A DNA stretch of 64,000 nt from the NCBI GenBank assembly GCA_964349045.1, contig CAYGFI010000002.1, forward strand, positions 39,879 to 103,878. Direction: 5' to 3'. This document shows, one piece after another, positions 37,010 through 46,613 of this stretch. A program made the translations under genes and the position numbers. Source of the DNA: an uncultured Chitinophaga sp. (GTDB lineage Bacteria > Bacteroidota > Bacteroidia > Bacteroidales > GCA-2748055). Position 1 is the stretch's first letter. The number at the start of each line of letters is the position of its first letter. The notes beneath the pieces were generated by a model, which was not told the DNA's origin, searched no databases, and saw nothing but the letters and a program-made list of their open reading frames with translations.

Positions 37010-38212
37010 TTATTCAAACTCCTTTAATTCATTCTCAATGTCTTCAATTTGTGGCAGTGATGATTTCAGCTCATCAGGAATGGCCTTACTTATCTGGTAA
37101 TCAGAGACTCCTATCGGGTTATTATTACCTTTTAAAGAATACTCTGCCAGTACTTCATTTTTCCCTTTGCATAATAACAAACCAATGGTTTCATTATCGG
37201 TTTCCGCCTTTAATTTATCGTTTATTACATTAACATAAAAATTAAGCTGACTGGTGTCTCCCGGCTGAAAAGGACGGGCTTTAAGCTCTACAACTACGTA
37301 GCAATGAAGCTTTGTATGGTAAAACAACAAATCGGTATAAAAATCAGAATTCCCAATTTCAAAATGTACCTGTCTGCCGATAAAAGCAAAACCTTGTCCT
37401 AACTCCAATAAAAATTTTGTAATATGATTTGCCAATTGCTCTTCAATAATACGTTCATCGGCCTTTCCCTTAGCCTGAACGAAATCAAAAATATAGGGAT
37501 CTTTGAGTAAATAATTGGCAAAATCAGACTGAACCGGGGGAAGAGTTCTTTCGAAATTGGTGATTTTCTTTGTTTTTATTTGTCTCTCAAATAGGCCACT
37601 TTCAATCTGCATCGCCAACACGTTTCTGCTGTTTCCATGTTCGATGGTATTGAGCATGTACCAAAATCGCTTACCCAGATGCGGTACTTTATCCATTAAA
37701 ATGATATGGTGCGACCAGCTTATTTTCGCCAGAACTGAGCTTAAAAAAATAGTTCCTCCCATTTGAAGCCCATCAATCATAAGCGAAGGCGGGTTATCAT
37801 TTTGTATTTGCGCAACAGCTTGTTGCGTAATTACAAGTTGCTCATTATCTGCATGTAGCAATTTCGCAACAGCTTGTTGCGAAATTGAAGATACTCCTTT
37901 GATCTGGGTTTCAATATTGATTATGGTTTGAATTACCGGTAATGAGTATGAAGAAGAAAACTGCTTCATATAAAGAAGGTTTCTGGAAGAAAAACCTTTA
38001 ATATCAGGAAATTCTTTTCTCAGATCATCAGCCAATAAATCAATAATTTTTGCGCCCCATCCTTCAATTCTTTGATTTTCAAGAATAAGTCTGCCCAATT
38101 GCCAATAAAGTAAAAGCATCTGGCTATTGGCAACAGAAACAGTTTGAAGCTGAGCTTCTTTAATCTTTTGCCTTATTTCTGAGAATAATGCTATGTATTT
38201 TTTATTATCCAT
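37010..38212 (-). CDS. DUF1016 / YhcG-type PD-(D/E)xK nuclease-domain protein
   Basis: ..ISWSHHIILMDKV.., ..ERIIEEQLANHITKFLLELGQGFAFIGRQ.., ..DFYTDLLFYHTKLHCYVVVELKARPFQPGDTSQLNFYVN.. (D...ELK core). Confidence 0.8.
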   Translation of the reverse strand: MDNKKYIALFSEIRQKIKEAQLQTVSVANSQMLLLYWQLGRLILENQRIEGWGAKIIDLLADDLRKEFPDIKGFSSRNLLYMKQFSSSYSLPVIQTIINIETQIKGVSSISQQAVAKLLHADNEQLVITQQAVAQIQNDNPPSLMIDGLQMGGTIFLSSVLAKISWSHHIILMDKVPHLGKRFWYMLNTIEHGNSRNVLAMQIESGLFERQIKTKKITNFERTLPPVQSDFANYLLKDPYIFDFVQAKGKADERIIEEQLANHITKFLLELGQGFAFIGRQVHFEIGNSDFYTDLLFYHTKLHCYVVVELKARPFQPGDTSQLNFYVNVINDKLKAETDNETIGLLLCKGKNEVLAEYSLKGNNNPIGVSDYQISKAIPDELKSSLPQIEDIENELKEFE

Positions 38213-38532
38213 TATCTAATCTACAAATCTTTCATGTTCTCAGTGATCCCAATGAATTAATCAAAGAGACTTCTATCGCTACTATTTGTAAAAAACTTTG
38301 ATGACATCAGACTTCCTGTTTAATTTGGATCCCGCATTCAAATCGACATTATCTGCAGCTATTCAAATATAAGTTTTTCTTTTTGAAGTTTTAATTTATT
38401 GTAGCATTAGAATTATCCCATTTGAGGAATTTGTTGTATAGAAGTCTTGAAAAAATAATTTCCAGGCGTGCTTTTGATCATAAAAACCGTTCTATATTTA
38501 ATCTATATTTACAACGCATTATTTTTACTAAA

Positions 38533-38964
38533 ATGAATAAGACTTTTTTTTTATTACTACTTAGCCTGTTTATACTTAGCAGTTGTGGTGAATCTAAAAA
38601 AGGTTCCTCAATTGATGCAAATAATTCAAAAATTGAGTTTGAAAATACCACTTTCGATTTCGGAAAAATTGCTTTCAGAAGTGATGGAACCTGCATTTTC
38701 ACATTTACCAATACTTCAATGAAACCTCTTATTATCAATGTTGTAAGAACATCCTGCGGATGCACTAATCCTGACTGGCCAAAAGATCCACTTGATCCGG
38801 GAAAATCAGGGGAAATAAAGGTAACTTACAACACACAGATTCCGGGAAGTTTTCAGAAAAGCATTACTGTTTTTTGTAACGCGGTTAACTCCCCTGTTAA
38901 ACTAATTATCAAGGGAGAGGTACTACCCGACACAAAAACTTCGAACTCATATTCAAATAATTAA
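38533..38964 (+). CDS. DUF1573-domain lipoprotein
   Basis: MNKTFFLLLLSLFILSSCG lipobox. ..FENTTFDFGKI..DGTCIFTFTNTSMKPLIINVVRTSCGCTNPDWPKDPLDPGKSGEIKVTY.. is the canonical DUF1573 pattern. The listed ORF starts at TTG 38422. Confidence 0.85.
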   Translation: MNKTFFLLLLSLFILSSCGESKKGSSIDANNSKIEFENTTFDFGKIAFRSDGTCIFTFTNTSMKPLIINVVRTSCGCTNPDWPKDPLDPGKSGEIKVTYNTQIPGSFQKSITVFCNAVNSPVKLIIKGEVLPDTKTSNSYSNN

Positions 38965-38967
38965 ATC

Positions 38968-40164
38968 ATGCCTGGAATATCCAAAAAAGGTCAGCAAATG
39001 CCGGCTTCTCCCATTCGAAAGCTTGTTCCTTTCGCTGAGGAAGCCAAACGAAAAGGTCGTAAAGTTTACCATTTGAACATTGGTCAGCCCGATATTCCCA
39101 CTCCCCCGGCAGCATTGGAAGCTGTAAAAAACATGACTACAAAAGTCATTGAATACAGTCATTCTGCCGGCCACGAGAGCTACAGGAAAAAACTGGCTGC
39201 TTTCTACCAGAATATAGGGATACATGTTGATCATACAGAAATCCTCATTACCACAGGTGGCTCGGAGGCAATTAGTTTTGCACTGATGGCTACCGCGGAT
39301 TATGGAGACGAAATCATTGTTCCGGAGCCTTTCTATGCGAATTACTATGGATTTGCAAATGCTGCCGGAGTAAAGGTTGTACCCGTGAAATCGGATATTG
39401 ACCATAACTTTGCCCTTCCCCCGGTAGCAGACATTGAAAAGCTGATAACATCCAGAACCAGGGGGATTCTTATCTGCAGTCCGAATAATCCCACAGGTTA
39501 TTTATACTCCCGCGAAGAGATTGAACAACTTGGTAAGATTGTTAAGAAACATGATCTCTTTCTCTATAGTGATGAGGCCTACCGGGAATTCTGTTACGAC
39601 GGGCTGGAGCATTTTTCGCCCATGAAAATAAAGGATATTGAGCAAAATGTGATCCTGATCGATTCAGTATCCAAGCGATACAGCGCCTGTGGGGTTAGGA
39701 TAGGTGCGCTGGTGTCTAAAAATAAAGAAGTAATTTCCACAGCACTTAAATTTGCCCAGGCAAGGTTAAGTCCTCCTTCATTCGGACAGGTTCTGGGAGA
39801 AGCTGCAATAGATACACCCGGATCCTACTTTACAGAAGTATATGATGAATATATCGGCAGACGGAATTTCCTGGTTTCCGCACTTAATAAAATGCCTGGA
39901 GTAAAATGTCCTTTGCCCAAGGGTGCATTTTACACAATAGCCCATCTGCCGGTTGATGATGCCGATAGGTTTGCCCAATGGCTTCTGAGTGATTTTGAAT
40001 ACAACAATCAGACAGTTATGGTTGCTCCGGCATCGGGATTTTATTCGAACCCGGAATCGGGAAAGCATGAGGTTCGAATTGCTTATGTGCTTAAGATTGA
40101 GGATTTGAAGAAGGCTATGGAGTGTCTGGAGAAGGCGTTAATGGTTTATCCCGGGAAAATTTAG
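38968..40164 (+). CDS. Pyridoxal-phosphate-dependent class-I aminotransferase (aspartate/aromatic type)
   Basis: 398 aa. ..SPIRKL.., ..LNIGQPD.., ..SPNNPTG.., PLP-lysine context ..DSVSKRYSACGVRIG.. . Starts 3 nt after the DUF1573 stop. Confidence 0.85.
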   Translation: MPGISKKGQQMPASPIRKLVPFAEEAKRKGRKVYHLNIGQPDIPTPPAALEAVKNMTTKVIEYSHSAGHESYRKKLAAFYQNIGIHVDHTEILITTGGSEAISFALMATADYGDEIIVPEPFYANYYGFANAAGVKVVPVKSDIDHNFALPPVADIEKLITSRTRGILICSPNNPTGYLYSREEIEQLGKIVKKHDLFLYSDEAYREFCYDGLEHFSPMKIKDIEQNVILIDSVSKRYSACGVRIGALVSKNKEVISTALKFAQARLSPPSFGQVLGEAAIDTPGSYFTEVYDEYIGRRNFLVSALNKMPGVKCPLPKGAFYTIAHLPVDDADRFAQWLLSDFEYNNQTVMVAPASGFYSNPESGKHEVRIAYVLKIEDLKKAMECLEKALMVYPGKI

Positions 40165-40170
40165 AATAAT

Positions 40171-40266
40171 TTTTTCAGGTTCAAGATTCAAGGTTTTGCA
40201 TTGGTGAGCCCGGATTTATCACATTTTCAGGATTCGCGTTTCACGTTTTCGGCTCATCGGGTGAAA
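40171..40266. repeat. Two diverged direct copies of a TTTTCAGG(A)TTC... unit with short TTCAAG/TTCACG sub-repeats
   Basis: tttttcaggttcaagattcaaggttttgcattggtgagcccgg is followed by cattttcaggattcgcgtttcacgttttcggctcatcgggtgaaaag. tgagcc(c)g / cggctca are inverted. Lies between the aminotransferase stop and the ATPase-2 stop. Confidence 0.5.
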
Positions 40267-40311
40267 AGAGTTTAAGGAATTTTAGTTTTGACCTCTGAAA
40301 TGACACATTGT

Positions 40312-41487
40312 TTAAAAGCTTGCTATCTTCTTTGCATACTCAAAAGCGTGTGATACATTTCCCACAATTACATTACGACTCATCTTATAAGATTCATTAA
40401 CGGGTGAGACAACAAAAAGCTCGTTAATACCGGTATCCTGCAAAGCAATAAAAGTTCCTTTTGATACTGATGGCGAGGTTGTTGCTTTACATTCAAACGC
40501 TATTTTTTTCAACCCCTTTGTAAGAATAAGATCTATTTCGCAACCGGTTGCCGTGCGGTAAAACCAAGATTCCCACTCATACATCAGAGTGGTTAAGTTT
40601 TCAATAGCATAGCCCTCCCAGGATGGTCCATAAACCGGATGACCCAGCAATTTGTTTGTGCTTTCAATTTCAAGCACAGCATGCAATAAGCCTGAATCTC
40701 TTATATATACTCTGGGTGATTTGGTAAGGCGCTTACTAAGATTGTTTTCATATGGACGCAATGTCCGGACTAAAAAGGATTTTTCGAAAAAATCAAGGTA
40801 ATTGCGAATTGTATTATTTGAGATTGCTAATGAATCACTTAGTCGGCTACTGTTAAATAGCTGACCATGATTATTGGAAAGCATTTGTAAGAGCCTGTTA
40901 ACCGTCATGAGAGGAATGCTGTTACTCCCTTTAATAATGTCCCTTTCCAAATATGAACGTATATAAGACTGTCGCCAGATGTGACTCTGCCTTTCTGTTT
41001 CGGCCAGAAACGACTGTGGAAACCCTCCACGCAACCAGTGTCGGGTTTGAGTATTGTTAATCCCCTTCTCAGCTTCAACTATCGTAAAAGGAGTAAGTTC
41101 TATATAACCGATGCGGCCAGCCAGAGATTCAGAACTTTTATTTACCAGTTCACGGGAAGCTGACCCTAATAATAGTAAACGACCATTACGGCGGTTTGTA
41201 TCAATGATGCCGCGTAATTCAGAAAATAAATCTGGTTTGAGCCGGACCTCATCCAGACATACGGTTGCATCCGGATTAATTTCGAAGAAAAACTGAAGAT
41301 CGTCAATTCGCTTCAGATCGCCTGGATTTTCGAGATCCAGATAAATGAAACCTGGAATGGATTTACCAATTTGCTTAGCAAGTGTAGATTTGCCACACTG
41401 TCTTGGACCAAGCAGAGCCACTGCCGGAAATATTTTCATGTACTCCAGTACTCTTTCTTTATCTGTTCGTTCAATGTAAGTTTGCAT
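40312..41487 (-). CDS. AAA-family ATPase with C-terminal DUF4143 (paralog 2, different subfamily)
   Basis: Walker A GPRQCGKST, ..VCLDEV.. . C-terminal ..TATGCEIDLILTKGLKKIAFECKAT.. . Start refined to ATG 41487 because the TTG-initiated extension (to 41514) overlaps the candidate -7 box. Confidence 0.85.
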   Translation of the reverse strand: MQTYIERTDKERVLEYMKIFPAVALLGPRQCGKSTLAKQIGKSIPGFIYLDLENPGDLKRIDDLQFFFEINPDATVCLDEVRLKPDLFSELRGIIDTNRRNGRLLLLGSASRELVNKSSESLAGRIGYIELTPFTIVEAEKGINNTQTRHWLRGGFPQSFLAETERQSHIWRQSYIRSYLERDIIKGSNSIPLMTVNRLLQMLSNNHGQLFNSSRLSDSLAISNNTIRNYLDFFEKSFLVRTLRPYENNLSKRLTKSPRVYIRDSGLLHAVLEIESTNKLLGHPVYGPSWEGYAIENLTTLMYEWESWFYRTATGCEIDLILTKGLKKIAFECKATTSPSVSKGTFIALQDTGINELFVVSPVNESYKMSRNVIVGNVSHAFEYAKKIASF

Positions 41488-41511
41488 ATTATAATTTATA
41501 TTGACAATATG

Positions 41512-41519
41512 CAAACTTA
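41512..41519 (-). promoter_or_regulatory. Candidate -7 box (TAAGTTTG on the minus strand) for ATPase paralog 2
   Basis: Plus-strand caaactta lies 24 nt upstream of ATG 41487. Confidence 0.35.
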
Positions 41520-41606
41520 ATTAAAAAGTTTTTAATTATAAAAAATCCCAATTCTGAGCAGAGAATTTATATTGATTTAAAATTTAAGTTTACTAAAAAT
41601 AAATCC

Positions 41607-44600
41607 CTACTGTACAACCAATTTCATGGTTTCAATCTGTTGATTTCCTGAAAATTTTACCAGATAAACATGTTTGTCCAGATATGATCTGTCAATCTGA
41701 ACAGGTCTTTCGTTGCTTAGTTGTCCGGAAAAAACAATTTTGCCATGGATGGTATAAATGGAAACTTCTGCAGGTTCTGATATACTGTGACTTGTAATAT
41801 TAAGCATGCCACTTTGAAAAGGATTTGGATAAACCGAAAAAACAGAACTGCAGTTGGCATCAGTAACGCTAACAGGAATAGCCCTGTTCAATTGGATATA
41901 ATTGAGATTGAATCCAGCGGTTACAACATTGATTTTCATTTCCTGAATTCCTATATTGAGCGGGATACCTTTCTTTGTAAAAGTTTTCCATGACTGCCAT
42001 CCTCCGGTTGCAGCAAGGCTTATATCACCGCTTGATAGGTTACCATTGCTGAATGTGATATTTATTTTGGAAGCCGCATTAACAGCAGCCCTTACATCCA
42101 GGTCATAATTCATCGCAGAATCAACATTTACCGTATAGCTTAACCATTCTCCAGCTGATGTCCAGCCTACATTGTAACCTCCCTCGGTGCATACTTCTAT
42201 ATCAACACTCTCCTCAGTACGATACTGGCCGCCCTCATTTGCCAGAGAGGCGTCATGAAAGCCAAATCCTTCACCGCCGGTATCATAATCTTCAGCCTGG
42301 ATTATTCCTGGTATTTGTTTTGCCGAACCTCCATAAGGACCTTTCTCTTCAGCTACAATTACCATGCATGAAGCCTGAAGTCCAAGTTCCTGTGATTCGG
42401 CAGTTATATTTGCACTTCCGGGAGATACTGCATTTATGAGCCCATTTTCGTCAACGGTTACTTTTGCCGGATTACTGGATCTCCAGTCAACAACCGTATC
42501 GGAACAATGAGTAACAGTAGCCTTCATCTGAAAAACATCATTTTGATGCAGCACGATCCTGGATTGGTTCAGCCTGATTTTGGGTATTGGAGGAGGAATG
42601 GTATCGGGTTGTCCTATTTTCCACAAACCATAGCAACTACTTCCGCACCAGGCATACCTGGTCTCCGGGTTAACCCTGATCATGGTGGTTTCGCGTCCTG
42701 CAGACATTCCGAATTTCGAATTATTGTGGCGCGGGTCAACCGTCAGGGGAATCCAGGTGTCGCCTCCGTCGGTTGAGCGGATCACACCAATGTCGTTGCT
42801 GTAAATATCCCTGGAACCACCTGAATACACTATCTCAGGATTGACAGGATCAACGGCTACGGTGCTAAATCTTTTTACATTGAATTTATCTGCCGGTGTA
42901 TTGAATGTAAGATCAACAACAGAACTATCGGAAACATATACTTTCCATAATCCGTCGGTATAGCATGCCGCATAGATGGCATCATTAACATGATCATAAG
43001 CCAAATCCCTGATCCCTCCTGACAAGGTTGTTATTGCTTCCCATGTAGTGCCCTTGTCGGTCGATTTAACAATTGTTGAATTGTTATAAACTCCAAACAA
43101 TTCATGATTCCCGGAAGGGTTCGAAGTAATAACTCCATTGCAGCCTGTCATTTCAGACCATTTAATTCCTTTATCAGAACTTCTTAGATTACCGGCAAAC
43201 AATATATTTCGGTCACCGGGCATTCCATAACAGAAAGGTAATCCCAGGGATATCCCTTTGATCTGGTAATTCAGCCCTCCGTTAAAAGTAATACGCAGTT
43301 CAGGAGAAGGATCATTCCAGCCGTCAGATTTCCTGCCAAACCATGTAAGCGAATCTACTATATAACCCCCGTGAATATCTCCTCCCCATCCATTTCCGGA
43401 CATATTAAGGAATTTAAACGTATAACCGCTATCGATAGAAACGGCTGCATCATAATCCTGGGCTGCAAAGAAGAACAAGTCAGGATTATCGAGATTAAAG
43501 CTCATGTTTCCTCTCGACATGATAGCGGAAGCACCGTTGTTTGACCATATCAATGATGCTCCACCGTTTGATGATTTTGTTATAAAGTCGCCTCCCACGG
43601 TAAATAAGGTGTCTCTGCTTACCGGGTGCCATGAGGGATACATCATCCTTCCAAAATTTCTTGGAAGAAAATCAAGACCGTTGTCATTGTTTGTTTTCGT
43701 CCAGTTTGCTCCCCCGTTATGACTATACAGGTAATAGGTATTCCATTGATCAGCAGGGTTAGCGTGTTGAGTAATAATATATTGATCATCGAGCGGATTT
43801 ACGCGAAGATAATTTGCAAAGGAAGTAAATCCCACTGTTGGTTTTGCAACAAATGATTCTCCTGTATCTGTGGAAACATATATTTTGTCAGCAGTGCACA
43901 GGTATAATCTGGATGGATCCTTCGGATACACATCAAATCCTTTGACACTTCCCGTGAAGGTTTTCGTGAAATTAAGACCCTGATCGATGCTTTTGAAAAC
44001 CCCGTTATTGTTGGCAACAAACAAATAACCCCGGGCAGGAAGGACTTTTATAATGGAATTTCCATAAACTCCGGAGTTCGCGATGATCTTCCAGGTATTT
44101 CCTCCATCCACTGACTTGTACATGCCGGATGCCAGAGTACCTGAACCTCCTTCTGAGCCGGCGGTCCAAGCGATGCGTGAGTAGTAAACAATCATGCTGT
44201 ATCCTTTTTCAGCATCAAAACTGGAAGGATCGTAGGCAATTTGTTCCCTGATATCGCGGTATCCGCAGGCATTATCCAGCAGGACCTGTTTCCATGATTT
44301 GGCTGTATCGGTTGTGAGATAAAGGCCATGGTAATTACTCCATGCGGCTTTTTGTGAGTTAGACCCTACTGAGATGGCCCGTGCCGGGTTATTCGGGTCG
44401 ATGAAAAGTCCGCAGGTACCACGTGGGGTGTATCCATTATTTGCCGGTTCCCAAAGCTGGCCTCCGTTTACACTTCGCCACACGCCGCCTACGTCGCTGC
44501 CATGAAGCATTACATTGCCATCTGCGTTATCTATTGCAAGAGCCAGTGGCCATTGGCCGCCTTCGCCACCGATGAATCCTGCTTCACGCTGGGCTTTACT

Positions 44601-44681
44601 GGCTAAGGCGGCATATTCCCAGACCTGGGCATTGACAGAAAAAACAACTAATAAAAATGTAATAAAAACATATACTTTCAT
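41607..44681 (-). CDS. BNR/Asp-box beta-propeller protein (sialidase/GH74-like fold) with Big_2, CBM6-like and T9SS C-terminal domains
   Basis: 1,024 aa with a signal peptide. Asp-box-like S/T-x-D-x-G-x-T-W motifs (VDGGNTWK, HNGGANWT, TDKGTTWE, TDGGDTWI). ..KVTVDENGLINAVSPGSANITAES.. is Big_2-like. ..IQAEDYD..GGYNVGWTSAGEWLSYTVNV.. is CBM6-like. The tail ..FSVYPNPFQSGMLNI..VSIYTIHGKIV..VYLVKF.. is a Por CTD. Confidence 0.7.
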   Translation of the reverse strand: MKVYVFITFLLVVFSVNAQVWEYAALASKAQREAGFIGGEGGQWPLALAIDNADGNVMLHGSDVGGVWRSVNGGQLWEPANNGYTPRGTCGLFIDPNNPARAISVGSNSQKAAWSNYHGLYLTTDTAKSWKQVLLDNACGYRDIREQIAYDPSSFDAEKGYSMIVYYSRIAWTAGSEGGSGTLASGMYKSVDGGNTWKIIANSGVYGNSIIKVLPARGYLFVANNNGVFKSIDQGLNFTKTFTGSVKGFDVYPKDPSRLYLCTADKIYVSTDTGESFVAKPTVGFTSFANYLRVNPLDDQYIITQHANPADQWNTYYLYSHNGGANWTKTNNDNGLDFLPRNFGRMMYPSWHPVSRDTLFTVGGDFITKSSNGGASLIWSNNGASAIMSRGNMSFNLDNPDLFFFAAQDYDAAVSIDSGYTFKFLNMSGNGWGGDIHGGYIVDSLTWFGRKSDGWNDPSPELRITFNGGLNYQIKGISLGLPFCYGMPGDRNILFAGNLRSSDKGIKWSEMTGCNGVITSNPSGNHELFGVYNNSTIVKSTDKGTTWEAITTLSGGIRDLAYDHVNDAIYAACYTDGLWKVYVSDSSVVDLTFNTPADKFNVKRFSTVAVDPVNPEIVYSGGSRDIYSNDIGVIRSTDGGDTWIPLTVDPRHNNSKFGMSAGRETTMIRVNPETRYAWCGSSCYGLWKIGQPDTIPPPIPKIRLNQSRIVLHQNDVFQMKATVTHCSDTVVDWRSSNPAKVTVDENGLINAVSPGSANITAESQELGLQASCMVIVAEEKGPYGGSAKQIPGIIQAEDYDTGGEGFGFHDASLANEGGQYRTEESVDIEVCTEGGYNVGWTSAGEWLSYTVNVDSAMNYDLDVRAAVNAASKINITFSNGNLSSGDISLAATGGWQSWKTFTKKGIPLNIGIQEMKINVVTAGFNLNYIQLNRAIPVSVTDANCSSVFSVYPNPFQSGMLNITSHSISEPAEVSIYTIHGKIVFSGQLSNERPVQIDRSYLDKHVYLVKFSGNQQIETMKLVVQ

Positions 44682-44729
44682 ATTGAAAGTAGTTTAAGTA
44701 TTTCTGATTAATTTCCTTACTTCAGGCCT

Positions 44730-46517
44730 TTATTGTGTAAGAATAAACTTTCCTGCATATTCAGTTCCGTTTGTGGATGCTTTTAAAATATATGTTCCTG
44801 CTCTAATACCAGACACATCAATTTTTACGGTCTCTTTCGTAAAGGAATAAATTTGCCCGGTTTGTAATAATTGGCCTGAAATATCATAAATCCCGATCTT
44901 GCAACTCCCCTGAAAAGGATGATTAAAAACTGTTAAACTACTTTCACCCGGAGATAGATAAAAAAATAATTGGTTGATTTTTTCAGGTGATACTACCTGA
45001 TTGACCATATCCTTTGTAAGGGCATCAAGCATTTCTCTGTCAAGCTTATTCCCCTGGTAAATTTCATAAATGCAATCGCTTCGATCAGAGTTTAAAATTC
45101 CAAAACTGCCATTGAAGTTCCATAATGCCCAGCCAACATTATTTTCATGGAAAAACCGGACTAAGTCATTAAGAAATCCAACAGCAACATGATGAGGTGT
45201 TTTATTATACACTCCAAATTCCTGCATCATTAAGGGAATCCCATATTGCTTTGCAATCGCGAGATTTTTTCGGTAATTCTCAAAGGGCAGTAAATCTTCA
45301 CCATCAATAGTTTTAATATTCCCATTCCCATCTATTTTATAAGTGTCTTGCTTTTGACCCCATGTATCATCCGAGAGATTGTAGGAAGTTAAAGAGGTGT
45401 TATTTTTCAAAGATATTGAATTTATTAACATCCAGTCGCCAGAAACATTCTCAAAACTAAGCCGGGTAACATCTTCAGAAAGTGTAAATGAAAAGTCCTT
45501 ATTTGAGATGTTCTGATATCCCCATTCCGTTTTATTAACCTGCGAAAAATCGTTGCCGGTATCGGCTCCGCAAACAAATTTTTTAGACATTACAATTTTG
45601 CTGTTTGCTTTAACCTGAAGCGTTGATTCAATGGAAACCTGCCGGACATTTATAATAACTTCAGTTCCATTTAAAAAGGTTCCTTCAAAGACAAGAGGGC
45701 TTTTAAATTCAGATTTCCATGGACCATACAGGTAATTTGAAATCCATAACATTGGCCACTTTGGTACCGGCCATAACTCTGAACCGCTTACCCACTCAGC
45801 CTTATAATGAGTTAACCCAAACGGGTCGTAAGTATGTATGGATTGAGCCACATTTGGTTCATCTTTCAAAGCTGAAAGAATATCTCTCCCGTAATTCAGT
45901 CCATCAATAAAAATAATTCTATCCGGACTGGTATTATGAATTGTGTCTATCGCCCTTTTCATTATAGGGAGATACAGGTCTTCGGCAACATTACTGGGCT
46001 CATTCACAAGATTAAAACTTAATGCTGCCGGAGAGACATCTTTGTATCTGTTAGTAAAAAATTCCCAATGAAGAACAAAAGCATCCTGTGCAACTTTATC
46101 CGTCCAAAGGTCAAGTTGCTGATTAACAGGTAATGTAGCGGAATTAACGCAATAGCCCGGAGCACGATGAAGGTTTATGCAGACATGGATATTGTTTTCC
46201 TGCCCCCATTTAACGGCATTATCTATTTCCACAATTTCAGTTTCCAGAAAAGTGTACCAATCGCCTGCCTTGGTATACGTTCTGTAATCCAAAGGGAGCC
46301 TTACAAAATTAAACCCCAGGTCATGGATGAGTTTAAATTCATTCTGACTAAATCCGTTATTAGTCCAGGAGACATCAAATTTTCCGAGCAGGTTAAAACC
46401 TTTTTGATCTGAGCAGAATTTTACTAAATCAATAGGCTGATTTTCCTGTGCATTAAGAAATCGATCCTGATGATTCAGTAAAAGTGAAAAAAATATGAAG
46501 AATAAATAATATCTCAT
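44730..46517 (-). CDS. Glycoside hydrolase family 5 (cellulase-type) with T9SS C-terminal domain
   Basis: ..GFNFVRLPLDY.., ..HVCINLHRAPGY.., acid/base ..FNLVNEP.., nucleophile context ..PLMMQEFG.. . C-terminal ..CKIGIYDISGQLL..GTYILKA.. is a Por CTD. Confidence 0.8.
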   Translation of the reverse strand: MRYYLFFIFFSLLLNHQDRFLNAQENQPIDLVKFCSDQKGFNLLGKFDVSWTNNGFSQNEFKLIHDLGFNFVRLPLDYRTYTKAGDWYTFLETEIVEIDNAVKWGQENNIHVCINLHRAPGYCVNSATLPVNQQLDLWTDKVAQDAFVLHWEFFTNRYKDVSPAALSFNLVNEPSNVAEDLYLPIMKRAIDTIHNTSPDRIIFIDGLNYGRDILSALKDEPNVAQSIHTYDPFGLTHYKAEWVSGSELWPVPKWPMLWISNYLYGPWKSEFKSPLVFEGTFLNGTEVIINVRQVSIESTLQVKANSKIVMSKKFVCGADTGNDFSQVNKTEWGYQNISNKDFSFTLSEDVTRLSFENVSGDWMLINSISLKNNTSLTSYNLSDDTWGQKQDTYKIDGNGNIKTIDGEDLLPFENYRKNLAIAKQYGIPLMMQEFGVYNKTPHHVAVGFLNDLVRFFHENNVGWALWNFNGSFGILNSDRSDCIYEIYQGNKLDREMLDALTKDMVNQVVSPEKINQLFFYLSPGESSLTVFNHPFQGSCKIGIYDISGQLLQTGQIYSFTKETVKIDVSGIRAGTYILKASTNGTEYAGKFILTQ

Positions 46518-46613
46518 GTTTATGAGTTTTTAATTGGGATAATATTGTTGCAATTTAGGGGAAAAATATCATTTAAACTTTTTTAAAAAATCTCTACAAG
46601 CTTAACCTGTATT

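Noticed and set aside
38953-39405. 150-aa ORF antisense to the aminotransferase, plus other antisense ORFs (24111..24491, 49213..49602, 54184..54612, 31365..31685)
   Set aside because: Each lies opposite a CDS with unambiguous family motifs. Their translations show no domain-like patterns.
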